Below, in pieces: positions 1-15,199 of a DNA stretch of 64,000 nucleotides. Every line of letters begins with the position of its first letter. Position 1 is the stretch's first letter. The notes beneath the pieces are model-generated. The model did not search any database. It worked only from the letters and a program-made list of their open reading frames with translations, and was not told the origin of the DNA. Where the stretch lies: the NCBI RefSeq assembly GCF_009914755.1, contig NC_060943.1; one strand, 5' to 3'. The translations under genes and the position numbers were made by a program. The DNA is from the human T2T-CHM13v2.0 reference genome, Homo sapiens.

Positions 1-39
1 AGGGTATTTAGCACCTAACTCCTGTTGGGTGCTGTCATT

Positions 40-600
40 AGGACTTTACTTGCATCGATGCACTGAAACCTCACAAAACCCCTATGAGGCAGGCAGTATT
101 GTTTTTCCCACTTAAAACTGAGGAATGAAAATAAATAACTTGACAAGGTCACACAATTCGTTGGTGGTTTCAGGTAAAAACGGGATATGCGAAGTCCAGA
201 GAAGAGAGAGATCAGTGTGTGTGTGCTGGGGGTCTGGTGGCTCCTCCAGAGGCGAGGATAGGCAGTCTGAGGGAGGCAAGCCACACCCTCCGAATGCCAG
301 CTTAAGGAATCTGGACTTTGCCTGAGAGGAAGGGAGAAGCCGAGGAAAACTGCCAGGTAAACGCAGGACCAGTCAGTGCTAACGACAGTGACGAGCCTGA
401 GCACTAACCTTGTGCCAGGTCCTGGCCAAGCACTTTGCCTGGATTGTTCCACTGAATCCTTGAAACTCCTAAGAGGCTAAGTACAGTTACCATCCCTATT
501 TACAGATAAAGAGCTGTGGTTTAAGGGAGTTTAAAACTGAAAGTCACCCAGCTGGTAAGAACTAACAGACAGGATCAGAACACACATTCTCCAGGGCCCA
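40..600. mobile_element. MIR fragments; others at ~1220-1400, 8880-9030 and 32030-32240
   Basis: Core resembling CCCATTTTACAGATGAGGAAACTGAGG...CCCAAGGTCACACAGC. Confidence 0.6.
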
Positions 601-842
601 CACTTTTCAGCACTATACTAGAAATCCTTTAGGCTACTGTGTAGAAGGCGAATGAGATGGGGGCAAAAGTGACAAGAGACTAAGGGCCAAGAAAAGACAC
701 AATTTGCCCCAGGGCAGCCAGTATGTCCATGGCTTGACTGGAAGCACATGGAATCCACGCAGGGTTCTGGCTTAATCACATTCCAGGAAGAGGCTCAATG
801 CAGGATGTGGCAGGGTGGGGCAAAGGCAGGCGGGGCTGGCAC

Positions 843-954
843 CTGTGTGTCCAGGAAAACAATCCGTTCTTGGGTAATAAAGAAGTCGATGCCACTGGTC
901 TGGTTGCCCCCTCGTTCCTTCATTTCAGCGCTCTGGGCCCGGAAAACATAAGTC
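843..954 (-). CDS. SMG9: SMG9 exon 7 (112 nt; TYVFRAQSAEMKERGGNQTSGIDFFITQERIVFLDTQ); gene continues left of window
   Basis: cag|G acceptor, CAG|gtgcc donor; phase fits exon 6; peptide recognised as SMG9 G-domain. Confidence 0.96.
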
Positions 955-2551
955 CTGTGGAGAGGAGCAGGCAGGGGTGTGTGAGAGCTCTGGTTCTCAG
1001 CCTTGGATGCATCCGAAGTGTGACCCTGTGAGCTGAGCATGTGAGCCGTGGTGCCCTGCCTGCTCCCTAAGCTTTTCATCTGTGGCCCATGTCAGGGGGT
1101 GGGAGGCGGGGGTAGTGCATGTTTTGAAGCACACAATTTCACTCCTATCCATAAAGAGATCCATTAGTTCAATTAATGAAGCCAGTACACTGAGGTGTTG
1201 AAGGGCAGAGACTCCGCCAGTCTGCCAGGATTCAGATCCCAGCTCTGCCTCTTCCTGGCTGTGTGGCTTTAGGCACACTCCTTAACCTTTTTCCATCAGT
1301 TTCCTCATCTATAAAACGGGGATAACCACATGATCAAAACTCTGTGTATTACTGTGAGGTCGGTATGTGTAAAGCCCTTAGAATGGTGCCTGATATATAA
1401 TGATATATACTTTTAGCTGTTAATTATCAAATAAACCTACTAGATCCCAGGCATTGGAGAGAGAGCACTGAGTGCCCTCCACTCCCACAGTGAGAGAGAG
1501 TTTGGGTCTTGTTCCCAGCATCTTCCCCTGTCAGGTGAGTCTCCCTCACTTCTACGTGTGCTGGGTGCTGGGAATATGAGGGCAAAGCAGGCAGAGCAGG
1601 GCCGTGCCCTAAACCACTAAGTTCAACTTGGTGACTCTGTGACTTGGGCAAAGTGATTTTACCTTTTGAAATCTGTAAAATCAGGGTAATAGTACCTACC
1701 TCTCAAGGGGTAATTTCTATCTCCCCCCAAGATGCATAATCTGTTGTCTGACACAAAGCAGGCATCCTTCCACTTTACAAACACTATACGGAAAACCTCC
1801 TATTTGCCAGATACCAGGATATAGCAGTGAACAAAAAAGACTAAGTCGGCTTCTGTGAAGCTTCTGGTCTAGTTTACAAATTACCAGAAATCAGTAACTG
1901 TGGGTGTTAGAAAGAAGAGGCGTGCAGTGCTCCAAGTGCAGATTGCTTAGTTGGTGGAGCCAGAAAGGGCTGCCCTGGAGAGGGAAATGACAATGCTGAG
2001 GGTGAGAGAGAAAGAGGGAGTTAATTGGCACTGGGTGGGGGATGGACGCAGAGGAAGGTTGCATCGGCAGAAAGTAGGTGGCTTGTTGTACTAGGACTCA
2101 AAGACCAGCATGGCAAGAGCAGAAAGATGGTGCATGTGGGAGGGGAGGGAGCAAGAAGAGGATACACAGACCCTTGTGGAGCATGGTAAGGCTTTGGCCT
2201 ATGAGCCTGGAGAAGCTGCTGGAGAGATGTAAGTAGAGGAGTGACAGGATCAGACTGTGGTTTGAAAGGTCCCCTTGCTGCTATGTGGTGAGGACCGTAC
2301 GGTGGAAAAAGTGGAGATAGGCTTACAAGGCCCAGTGCCAGAGTGCCTCGCTCTGCCTCTCTGGCCTTATCTCCTACCACTCCCCTTCTAAGGCTGCCAC
2401 GTTCTTCTACACACACTATGGGCAAGCTCCCACTTCAGACGCATTGCCCATGCCAGTCCCTTTCACTGGAATGCTCCTCCCAGCATGCTTTTTCTCAAAC
2501 GTTCCCCTTAGCAAGGCCTTCCCTCACCATCCTATTTAAAACTATAACCTA

Positions 2552-3180
<629 letters not shown>

Positions 3181-3544
3181 TAGTAATAATTTTTAAAACC
3201 TGTAACCTAGGCCCAACATTACCTCCCTATAACCCTTTTCCATTGTGTTATATTCTAACGTGCCGAATAGTGTGTTTATTTTGTTTACTATCTTCCCTAT
3301 TAAAATATAAGTCCCACAAGGGCAGATTTTTTCCAGTTTTGTATACCACTGTATCCCCAGCACCTAGAACAGTGCCTGGCGCATAGTAAGCAATTAATAC
3401 AGTACTTGTCAAAACTGAATTAAATCAGGCAGACCAGACAGAAACCTCTTGGTATCCTGCATGTAAGATAATAATGGCTTGGACTAAGGAGGTGGGAGTG
3501 AAGGAGGGAAGAAACAGATGAATTAGAAAGAGAATTAGCAGGAA

Positions 3545-3820
3545 GGCCAGGCACGGTGGCTCACACCTGTAATCCCGACACTTTGGGAGGCCGAGGTGGG
3601 CAGATCACCTGTCAGGAGTTCAAGACCAGCCTGGTAAACATGGCGAAACCCCATCCCTACTAAAAATATAAAAATAAGCTGGGCATGGTAGTCCCAGCTA
3701 CTCGGGAGGCTGAGGCACAAGAATCGGTTGAACCCAGGAGATGGAGATTGTGTTAAGCTGAAATTGTGCCACCGCCCTCCAGCCTGGGTGACAGAGCGAG
3801 ACTGTCTCAAAAAAAAAAAG
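3545..3820 (+). mobile_element. AluS
   Basis: Alu consensus and A-tail. Confidence 0.9.
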
Positions 3821-4113
3821 AGAGAGAGAGAATTAGGAGGCAAAACCTAGACCTGATGAAAAGAGTTGATACTGAAGTCTACCACACCACAGGCTGACGT
3901 GGCTCAAAAAGACAAGCTGGGTGACAGGATTCTCCCTACCTCAGGAATCTGAACTGAGACCCATGGGGAAAATTTGCTAGTTGGGGTGAAAAGCTGAAAT
4001 GGAAAGAATGTTATCTAAGACCTGGAACTATTCCAAAATGGAACCAAACTGAGTCATGAGTGAGCAGAGAAGAGGAGGGAGAGAGGCAGAGGAACCTCAC
4101 AGCTCCAGCTTTA

Positions 4114-4575
<462 letters not shown>

Positions 4576-5507
4576 TTAATGGACTCCTGACGCTCATCCA
4601 TGGAGGCCAGGGTAGTATCACCTGCTTTACAAAAAAACAGATCCCTGTATTTTTAGGTAACTTCAACATGTCTCTGTTCTTCACCACCCCAGTGGCTACT
4701 ATCCATTCTCATTCCCCATTTTGATTCTCCCTTAATGAGATGTGTATCTCCCCCATTCCCAAATTCCTACATTTTTCCCTTTCCTTCTCTGCCCCCAGTT
4801 TCGGGACCTGTTTCTCAAGTTCTCCCCTCCCCAAAACCTGCTCCTGTGCCCTTATGCTTTATCTTCATAATCACATTCCATCCTTACTCAAGAATGTTGT
4901 TCAGGCCAGAGAATCCTCATGTCTGATCCTCCCCAGCCTGGAGAAGCAGAGCCATTTTCCCAAGGTGACACAGTAGGACTGAGGCTGGTACAGAAACCAC
5001 TCTCTGTCTCCAGATCTCTTTCCCCACTCTATTTCTCAGATCGTATCAGCTACCATTCTGTGATACTTGCTCTATGCCAGGTGCTCATTAACTTTTGCCT
5101 TCTTGATCTTATTTTATTCTCCAAAAATCTACCTGGACAGGGGATACGGGAAATGAAGTGACCTGCCCAAGGTCAACCAGTTATGTTGCAGGGCTGAGCC
5201 TGAGGTGGGCCCAAATCCAAAACCTTAACAACTACATCATCCCACTTCTTGTCTAGGACCTGTACCATTTCCTGAGGCCAGGCAGGAAGGGAGGGAGGGA
5301 GGGAGGAACAGGATTGGATGCCTTGGAGCTACACAGATTTAGTCCAGCCCATTATCATCTTCATCTCATGAAGACACTGAGGTCTACAGAAGAAAAGCAA
5401 CTTTCCAAAGTCCTTTGGTAACACCACTTGAAACACCCAAGCCCACCTTGCCCCTGCTCCCAGTGGGTGCCCACCTCCCTCCTGCACCCTATCTGATAGC
5501 CCCTCAC

Positions 5508-5620
5508 CTCTGGTCCTCCTCTGGAGTGTTGGCTGACAACAATGACATGACCATGGACTTGCCTGTCCCCTGGAGGCCCAGGACACCAACCACCAACACA
5601 TCAGTCTGATCCAACAGGTA
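5508..5620 (-). CDS. SMG9: SMG9 exon 6 (113 nt; YLLDQTDVLVVGVLGLQGTGKSMVMSLLSANTPEEDQR) with P-loop GLQGTGKS
   Basis: cag|TAC acceptor, AG|gtgag donor; cumulative CDS ends at c.701; Walker A motif. Confidence 0.97.
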
Positions 5621-6318
5621 CTGTGGGAAAATACATAAATGACTCTGACAAGTCTGTCAGCTGCTGGAGCTGGAATGAGGGGGGGACTCCAGAGACCCTT
5701 GTGGCTCCCCCACCTGCCTTATCATATATGAAGAGAAACTCCTATAGTCCCAACCCCTTCAACTAGGCATAGGGCCTCTGTTCCGTGTCATGGTAGGATT
5801 ATGTGAAATGTTTTAGACACAAACAACAGTGTCTGTGAGAACTCTGAAGTAGAAAAGAGCCTAGCATGGTCAAGAAGCTAAAAGGAAGTCAGTGTGGCTG
5901 AACACAGCGGGAAAAAGGGAAGTCTGATCTTGGAGAAGTGAAAGTGAGAGTCACAGGAACAGAAGGGCAGGTTGGAGAAGATAGGACTCGGCGACTGAGG
6001 GCTACTGGCACAGATTCCTGGCAAACCTGGGAAAGCACATGAAAGGGAGTGGTGTGCAAACAGGAGCCACCCAGGCTTTCGTCTGTGTGTGTGTTTTTTT
6101 GTTTTTTTTTACATTCATATGCTGTTGTCTGTGGGATTTAAGAGCCCCTCTGGAAATTAACTGAGACCAACTCTGGGCCACCAGCTCTGCTGACTTTCAC
6201 CACCAGGGGGTGTAAGAGACACTCCTCAAGGAAAACAGCTACGTTCTGAACTGTGGCTGCTGCTCCTTAGAATTACCTTAAAATTTTGTTTTGTTTTGTT
6301 TTTTAAAAGCGAATCCTA

Positions 6319-6943
<625 letters not shown>

Positions 6944-6979
6944 TTAACGTGCTTTAACACATTAAAGCAGAATATCTAT

Positions 6980-7185
6980 GGATGCCCTGTTCAATCAGTA
7001 GGCATTGATCATACATGGCTATTTAAATTAGTAAGCTTAAACAACATTAAAAATTCTGTTTGGTTGTACTAGCCACATTTCAAGTGCTCTAAAGCCACAT
7101 CTGGGGATAGCGGCTACCATACTGGACGGATAGTTCAAATATATATGATCTTCATCACTGCAGAAAGTTTTCCTTAATAGCGCTG
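6980..7185. mobile_element. MER3/MER33-like hAT-Charlie element
   Basis: CTAGCCACATTTCAAGTGCTC...GGCTACCATACTGGAC. Confidence 0.7.
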
Positions 7186-7554
7186 AAGGGTAGGGTTTGG
7201 TTTTTTGTTGTTGTTCTGTTTTTTGTTTTTTTAAAGCTCCCCAGTTAATTCCAATGTGAGAGTGGACACAGAAGTGGCAGGGGCAAGGCAATAAATGGAC
7301 TTGAGGCTGTGCTAATAAGTCCAGGCTGCTGGGTAGGAGAGGTGACACCTCTGGGACAATCTGAGCAGGGGTGTGACAGGTCTAGGGGAGAAAAAGCAGA
7401 AGAAGGGACACAACATCTGGGAGACTGGTGTTATGTATGATGATCTAGGAATGTGAGGTCTGAACTAGAGCAGGGGGTGGTGGGATGGATGGGGGTCACT
7501 TTGGGGGAGTGACATTCAAAACAGTTGACACTGAGACAGCGTGGGCTTCTTGTT

Positions 7555-7842
7555 CTTTTTTTTTTTTTTTTTACTGAGACAGGGTCTCACTCTGTTGTTG
7601 AGGTTGGAGTGCAATGTCATGATCACAGCTCTCTGCAGCCTTGACCTCCTGGAGTCAAGTGATCCTCTTACCTCAGCCTCCTGAGTGGCCTGGATGCCTC
7701 CTGCCACCATGCCTGGCTAATTTTTAAATTTTTGGTAGAAATGGAGTATTCCTATGTTGCCCAGGCTGGTCTTGAACTCCTGGGCTTAGGTGATTCTCCT
7801 ACCTTGGCCTCCCAAAGTGCTGGGATTACAGGCATGAGCCAC
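7555..7842 (-). mobile_element. AluJ
   Basis: Poly-T then reverse Alu consensus. Confidence 0.88.
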
Positions 7843-8177
7843 CAGCAAGGGTTTCAACCAAATAAGAAGGGTACTGGAGCAGGGTCCAAAAGACTCCCCT
7901 GCTGTGGATGGCACGGGAGATCCCAGGGGTCCTGGGGTGGTAGTGAGAGTACTTCTTTACCAATCGGTACCAAAGGAGTTCTGTATTTTACCAACTAGCA
8001 AGCACAGCCGAGCTAGTTGAAATTCCGCTCTGGTTAGGTGAGAATGTTCTGATACCACCCCCTCTCACTGCTGTAAGTTGCCTCAAAACCCTCCAGTCTG
8101 GTGTTGCCTACAGAGAGGTGGAAGATCAGAGGATGCAGGATGTGCGGAAGCTCAGGCAGGGCAGGACCCCTCGGTAC

Positions 8178-8275
8178 CTCGATGGCACTGTCACACCAAT
8201 TCATCTGGTCATCCACCAACTTGATGCTGTGCTTCATGCGCTCTGGGGGCAGTAGTTTGGCCTGACCCACGACAG
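8178..8275 (-). CDS. SMG9: SMG9 exon 5 (98 nt; PVVGQAKLLPPERMKHSIKLVDDQMNWCDSAIE)
   Basis: ccag|CT acceptor, GAG|gtacc donor; inside ORF 8034..8558. Confidence 0.96.
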
Positions 8276-8368
8276 CTGGAGATTGGAGAAAGCAGGAGAC
8301 AGAGGATGCAGTGAGGATCTGTGAGGAGACGCCAGTTCCCAACCTGGTACTGCCCAGCCCCAACTCAC

Positions 8369-8633
8369 GGTCCATGGCTGCTGGTGCGGCAGTGCCCATG
8401 CCCCGGTTCTGGATCTGGTACACAGGCTGTGTGGGTCTCTGCCCCTCCTTCTCCCCCTTGGGTGGCGCAGGGGCTGCAGGGGGTGGTGGGGCGGTGCCCT
8501 CAGGGGTAGAGGCACCTGTCACGGCCACAGGCCCCTTCCCCTCCTCCCGTGGCTTCATGAGAACGATGGGCTTCTCCAGAGGGGCTGGAGCAGGCGGGGC
8601 AGCAGGGGCTGTTGGAGGTGGTGGCTGTTTTGA
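8369..8633 (-). CDS. SMG9: SMG9 exon 4 (265 nt; Pro/Ala-rich SKQPPPPT...AAMD)
   Basis: tag|TCA acceptor, C|gtgag donor; frame consistent. Confidence 0.96.
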
Positions 8634-8713
8634 CTACGGAGGTAAAAAAAATCCCATCAATGGGGGCAATCCCTTCCCTAACGGCTCCCCCTCCTCCCTC
8701 CTTCTCTGCTCAC

Positions 8714-8788
8714 CCGCTCTGCTGGAGGTTTTGAGAGGATGATGGGGGTTTTCTGCATGACGGAAGTGCTTGTCTCTTCGCTGGCATC
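8714..8788 (-). CDS. SMG9: SMG9 exon 3 (75 nt; DASEETSTSVMQKTPIILSKPPAER)
   Basis: cag|GAT acceptor, CGG|gtgag donor; 80-nt intron to exon 4. Confidence 0.96.
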
Positions 8789-9687
8789 CTGTGGTGAGGG
8801 AGGGCAGTTACTCATGAATGGCTCTCCTGGACATTCCAGATCTTTATGTACCATGAACTATTCTAAATGCCGAAATATATTAACTACCTTGATCCTACCA
8901 ACAGCCCTGTGAGATAGATACTATTATTACCCCCACTTTACAGATGAAGAAAATGAAGCCTAGAAAGGTTAAGCAGATTGCCCAAAGTCACAAAGCCCAG
9001 GCAGCCTGGCTGCAGAACCAAATCCTCAAGCATTCTGCTCAGCTGCCTCTGCGAGGCAACAAGCCCAGGAGGAAAGGAACTAGGAGCTAGACAGGTCTGG
9101 GTGCAAACCTGATCCCGCCTCGTGTTGGCTGTGTGAACTTGAATAAGGAACCACCCTCGCCACCTTCACTTATGCCTCATTTTCCCATCTGTGAGTGGGT
9201 ATGGGAATTCCTTCCTCACAGACTATGATGAGGATGAAAGGAGAGAGAACTCATCAAGTGTCTAGCATGGCACCTGACACATGGCAGGTGCTCACTATGT
9301 GAGAGCTGCTGGTGGCACTTGCTATCCTGATCACCTCTGCCTCAGCCCCCTCCTGCTCTGGCAAAGCTGGCAGGCTGATCCCAAGCCTTGACCTCTTCAT
9401 GCCTCCCCAACTTACCCTCAGTCTGCTGAAGAGGGGAGAAATCTGAGTCTGAGTCCCGTTCTTTCTCTGGTTCCTTGAGTAACCTCATGAGAGTCTTGAC
9501 CCCTAACTGTGTCTGTTCCTTCACCAATATACTGAGGACACTTACTTAAACCCTGCTCACTTCACTGGCTTACGGTGAAGAACAAACAAAAAGACGAAGT
9601 GAAAGTGCTTCGAAAAGAAGTTTCAAGGGAAAAACTACAGGAGGAGAGGCTGTGGACTTCCAGGAGGCTAGGAAGGGGGAGATGATA

Positions 9688-9888
9688 CAGGCTGAGTATC
9701 TCTTATCTCAGATGCCTGGGACCAGAAGTGTTCTGAATTTGGGATTTTTTTGAACTTTGGAATATTTGCATATTTACTGGTTGAGCACCCCAAATCCATT
9801 TGCAAGGCTCCAATAAACATTTCCCTTAAATGTCACGTTGGTGCTCAAAACATTTGGAATTTTGGAGCACTTCGGATATTCAGTCTAT
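9688..9888. mobile_element. MER46/Tigger4-type MITE
   Basis: TA-CAGGCTGAGTATC...GGGACCAGAAGTGTT...GGAATATTTGCA with decayed inverted end. Confidence 0.7.
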
Positions 9889-11257
9889 ACCTGGGATGAA
9901 CGCTGTGAGGGTAGAGAGAAGACACACAGATATAACCAGGCGGCAGAATGTAAAGCACTGGTGCCTGACTAGCACAGAGGAAGCAGGGGAGAGGCGAGAG
10001 AGGCATTCAGGATAAGGCCCAATGGGCTGTCACTGATATGGGAGAAAAAAATGGGAAGAGGAAAAATGGCAGAAAGATGCCGAGGTCAGCACGGGACACA
10101 GAGGATAAGAAGCCCATGGGTGTGACAAGAGGCTGCCAGGGCTCAGTAGCACATTTAGAGACAAAGATGAGGTTTAGGAGGTGCTTGTTCAAGGATTAAA
10201 CCTGAAGGTGTGGCGGGATAACATTCCCCAGGAGGGCATTATGTGGAAGGAAGAGAGACTACGTGTTCTCATTTACACTGTGGCCCAAGAGAAGGAGCAA
10301 GTAAGAGCCCAGCTCACTGTGAAAAAACTATTCTTCATGTTTGTACAGTTTTATAGCTCAGAAGCTGGCCCCAGTTGTCACCTACTTCCACCCTACCTGA
10401 CATCTCTGAGGTGGACAGGGCCCTAGAGAAAAAAGCCCAGGGGGCAGGTTCTGGCAGTGAGTCACCTAGGTACAGGAGGGGAGCGAGGCTGGGCCTGGGC
10501 ACAAGCCGATCCCTCCTGATTCCCAGCCCAGGGCGCTCTCTACAGCAGGCAGAGCGATGCTATATGTGAGACTAAGCTGGACCTGGATCTGAGTCCTGGA
10601 CCCAAAGTTTATTGACTCTGATTTTGGAAAAGTCCCTTCACCTCTGGGGCTCATTTTCCTCATTAGTGAAAATCAGATCTATCATAGAATCTACCTCATG
10701 GGGTAGCTGTAAGGGTTCAGGAAGACCCAAAGGATGTAAAAGACTTTGCACAGTGCAAGCACAGTATAGGCTGCTCAGTAAAAAGAGTAACAGTTGTTGT
10801 TATTATGACATGACCCTTTAAAACATGAGCTATGGCACCTCTCAGCTCAAACTCTCCAATGCCAATTTCACTCAGTGAAATACAAAGTTCTTTCCAAGGC
10901 CTACCAGGTCCTACATGATTTGGCCCCAGTTACTTGACTTCATCTCCTATCTCTCTCCCTCCTTCCTCATCAATTGCAGCCATCCTGGCCTCCTATGGCT
11001 ACTCCTTGAACACGCCAGATATGGGCCACCTCAGGGCCTCTGCGCTTGCTGTTCTTTCTGTCTGGAATGCTCTTCATCTCAGATGCTGGCATGGCTTATT
11101 CTCTCATCTCCTTCAAGTCTCTGCTAAAAAGTCACCTCTTCAGAGAGACCTTCTCTGACCATGTTATCTAGAACAGTCTCCTTTATCACTCTCCACCTTC
11201 TTTATCCATGAGGGTGGTAGGTTTTGTTTACAAATATATCCCCGGCATCTGGATTAG

Positions 11258-12242
<985 letters not shown>

Positions 12243-13139
12243 TGACTTCTTCCAAAAAAGTAAAACCCTCAGTTCTGAGCTAGGTACATGGCTATCCAGA
12301 ACAAACTTCTCATCCTTGTTTGCAGTTAGGTGTGGCCATGTGAGTAAGTACTTTCTGGCTATGGTATGACACTAGAAGTGTGGCTTGGCAGCTTCCAGAA
12401 ACTTCCCTTCACAGACTCTGGCACATGCCTTCTGCCCCTTCCTCCCAGTGACAGGAATGTGGGTGTGGAGGTTGGAGCTCAAGCAGCTATCCTGGGCTGT
12501 AAGGCAATTTAATGGAAGGTACAATAAAACAAGACACAAGGTTGGGGGGTTCCACGTTAACCTTGAATTGCCTACTTCGAGAGGCAGTGAAAAACAAATA
12601 CACATCTATCTCTTACTTGCAGCCAAAACTATTCCCAACTATTAAAATGCTCCAACATAAATAAACTCACAGGGGCAAGTTCACATAAAAATAGGATATT
12701 CTCCTTACCAAAATGCAGCAAGGCATTTGCTTACAAACCAGCAATGTGATCCTCAGTCCAACAGCTACTCTTGATTAGTCATTACTAGTGTATGTCATGG
12801 TGGGGCTCCAGCCACTTACTAGTGTATGTCATGGTGAGGTTCCAACACTCAAGGGCCTATTTTCACCTGGTATCCCACTACATTTCAGTGTCTGTCTGTC
12901 TTCCGTTCCTGACGGTCTGCCTTCCCTCACAGTGAATTTCATTTCAAGGTGTCTCCAGTGTTTATTCTATTTGAGATGTTATATAATGTCTGGCTACCTA
13001 TGCAACCCACTCTCCACCATTTCAGTATCTGTTTACAGGTCCTTAGAGAGTTTTCCCAGCTGTTCACACATCAGTCTAGGGTGGTATTTGACTACTTAAC
13101 TGTTTGTAGAACTCAGTGGGGCTATCTGCTCAAGCTCAG

Positions 13140-13690
13140 AAGTCAGGTTGACAAAGTGTGGCCTAGGGGCCAAATCTGGTCTGCTTTCTGTTTTTGTAAA
13201 TAGAAAGTTTTATCGGAACATGGCCACATCCATCAATTTAGAAACTGTCTGTGGCTGCCTTCTTGATGCAATGGCAGAGCTGAGACAGACAATACAGTCT
13301 GCAGGGCCTAAAATAATTATTCTCTGGCCTTAACAGAAAGTTTTACTGAATGGCCGAGTATGGTGGCTCACACCTGTAATCCCGACACTTTGGGAGGCCG
13401 AGACAGGAGGACTGCTTCAGCCCAGGAGTTCGAGACCAGCTTGGGCAACATAGCAAGATCCTGTCTCTATATAACATTTAAAAAAGAAAAAAGTAGCTGG
13501 GCGTGGTGACATGCACCTGTAGTCCCAGCTACTTGGGAGGCTGAGGTGGTGGGATCACTTGAGCCTGGGAGGTCAAGGCTGCCATGATCATGCTGCACCA
13601 CTGCACTCTAGCCTGGATAACAAAGCAAGACCCTGTCTAAAAAAAAAAAAAAGCAGAACCCTGTCTCAAAAAAACAGTTTGCTGACCCTT
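13140..13690 (+). mobile_element. MER58-like hAT element interrupted by an AluJ (13352-13652, +)
   Basis: GGGCCAAATCTGG...TTTTTGTAAATA...AGTTTGCTGACCC; Alu consensus inside. Confidence 0.7.
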
Positions 13691-14040
13691 GCTTAGCTTG
13701 GAAGTATCTGTTAAATCCCTCCATGAATCCTCCCCTGCCCCACCTCATAATGACATAAACAGGTCCCTCCGAGACTCTCCAGAATGGAAGGGTCTGTTTA
13801 CAAGATGCAGTCATAATTTTGCTAGCCAGACAAGTGGCTTGTCTAGCTCCTCTCCTACTGTGCTACATGACCTCTCCCAGAGCCACAAGCCAGGCTGAAG
13901 ACTGCTTTCCTAGACAGAGGAGGACAAGGGCCTGTTTACAGCTGCTTAGGGAAAATGACTCATTCCATACCGAAATGACTGCTTAGTCTGGGATGGAGAT
14001 TCTCCCCAGAATCTGAGACTCCTCCCTCACTTGCAATTAA

Positions 14041-14533
<493 letters not shown>

Positions 14534-15199
14534 TGAATGTGGGGAGTTCCTTGGAACTTAAAAGCCCACCTAAACCAGGTGTGGAGGATACAGTGAGCCG
14601 AGATCGTGCCACTGCACTCCAGCCTGGGCGACAGAGCGAGACTCTTGTCTCAAAGAAAAAAAAAAAAAACCCCACCCACATGCAAGCTGGGGACTTCCAA
14701 TGCTGTTTCCGGGCTCCTTTGGGGATTACCCCCAAACTTAGGAAAGCTGGTCTATTTAAGTGTCTGCTGATGGACTTCTAGGGTGACTTCCCGAAAATTA
14801 ACAAATCGAATTTACATATTTTTGGGGAGTGTCTCCTCAGTATTTAGGCATCGCTTCACACACTCCCTTCGGGGATCTCCCAGAACCTCACTATTTGCAA
14901 ATATTTGGGGAGACTCTCCCGATTCCTGAGTATGTAAGCCCACTTCGTGGGGCACTCCCCAGCCCAGAACTGTAGTCGATTTGCACATTTTCCTAAGGAC
15001 TCCCTAGGATTTAAACTTCTCTCTACGGGGTTCTAGAAGGGAGCCTCCCCCGGATTTAGGCATTGCTTTACAAAGCTTCCCTCGGGGAACCCAACTCAAG
15101 TTTCTCGTTACACGTTATTGGGGCGGCCTCCCCAGTACTTGACGGGCAGTTTGCAGGCTGTACTTGGATCTCGCAGAGCATAAGTTTCTCATTTACACG

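Noticed and set aside
8311-8742. 143-aa Gly/Ala-rich + strand ORF
   Set aside because: Antisense shadow of Pro-rich SMG9 exon 4
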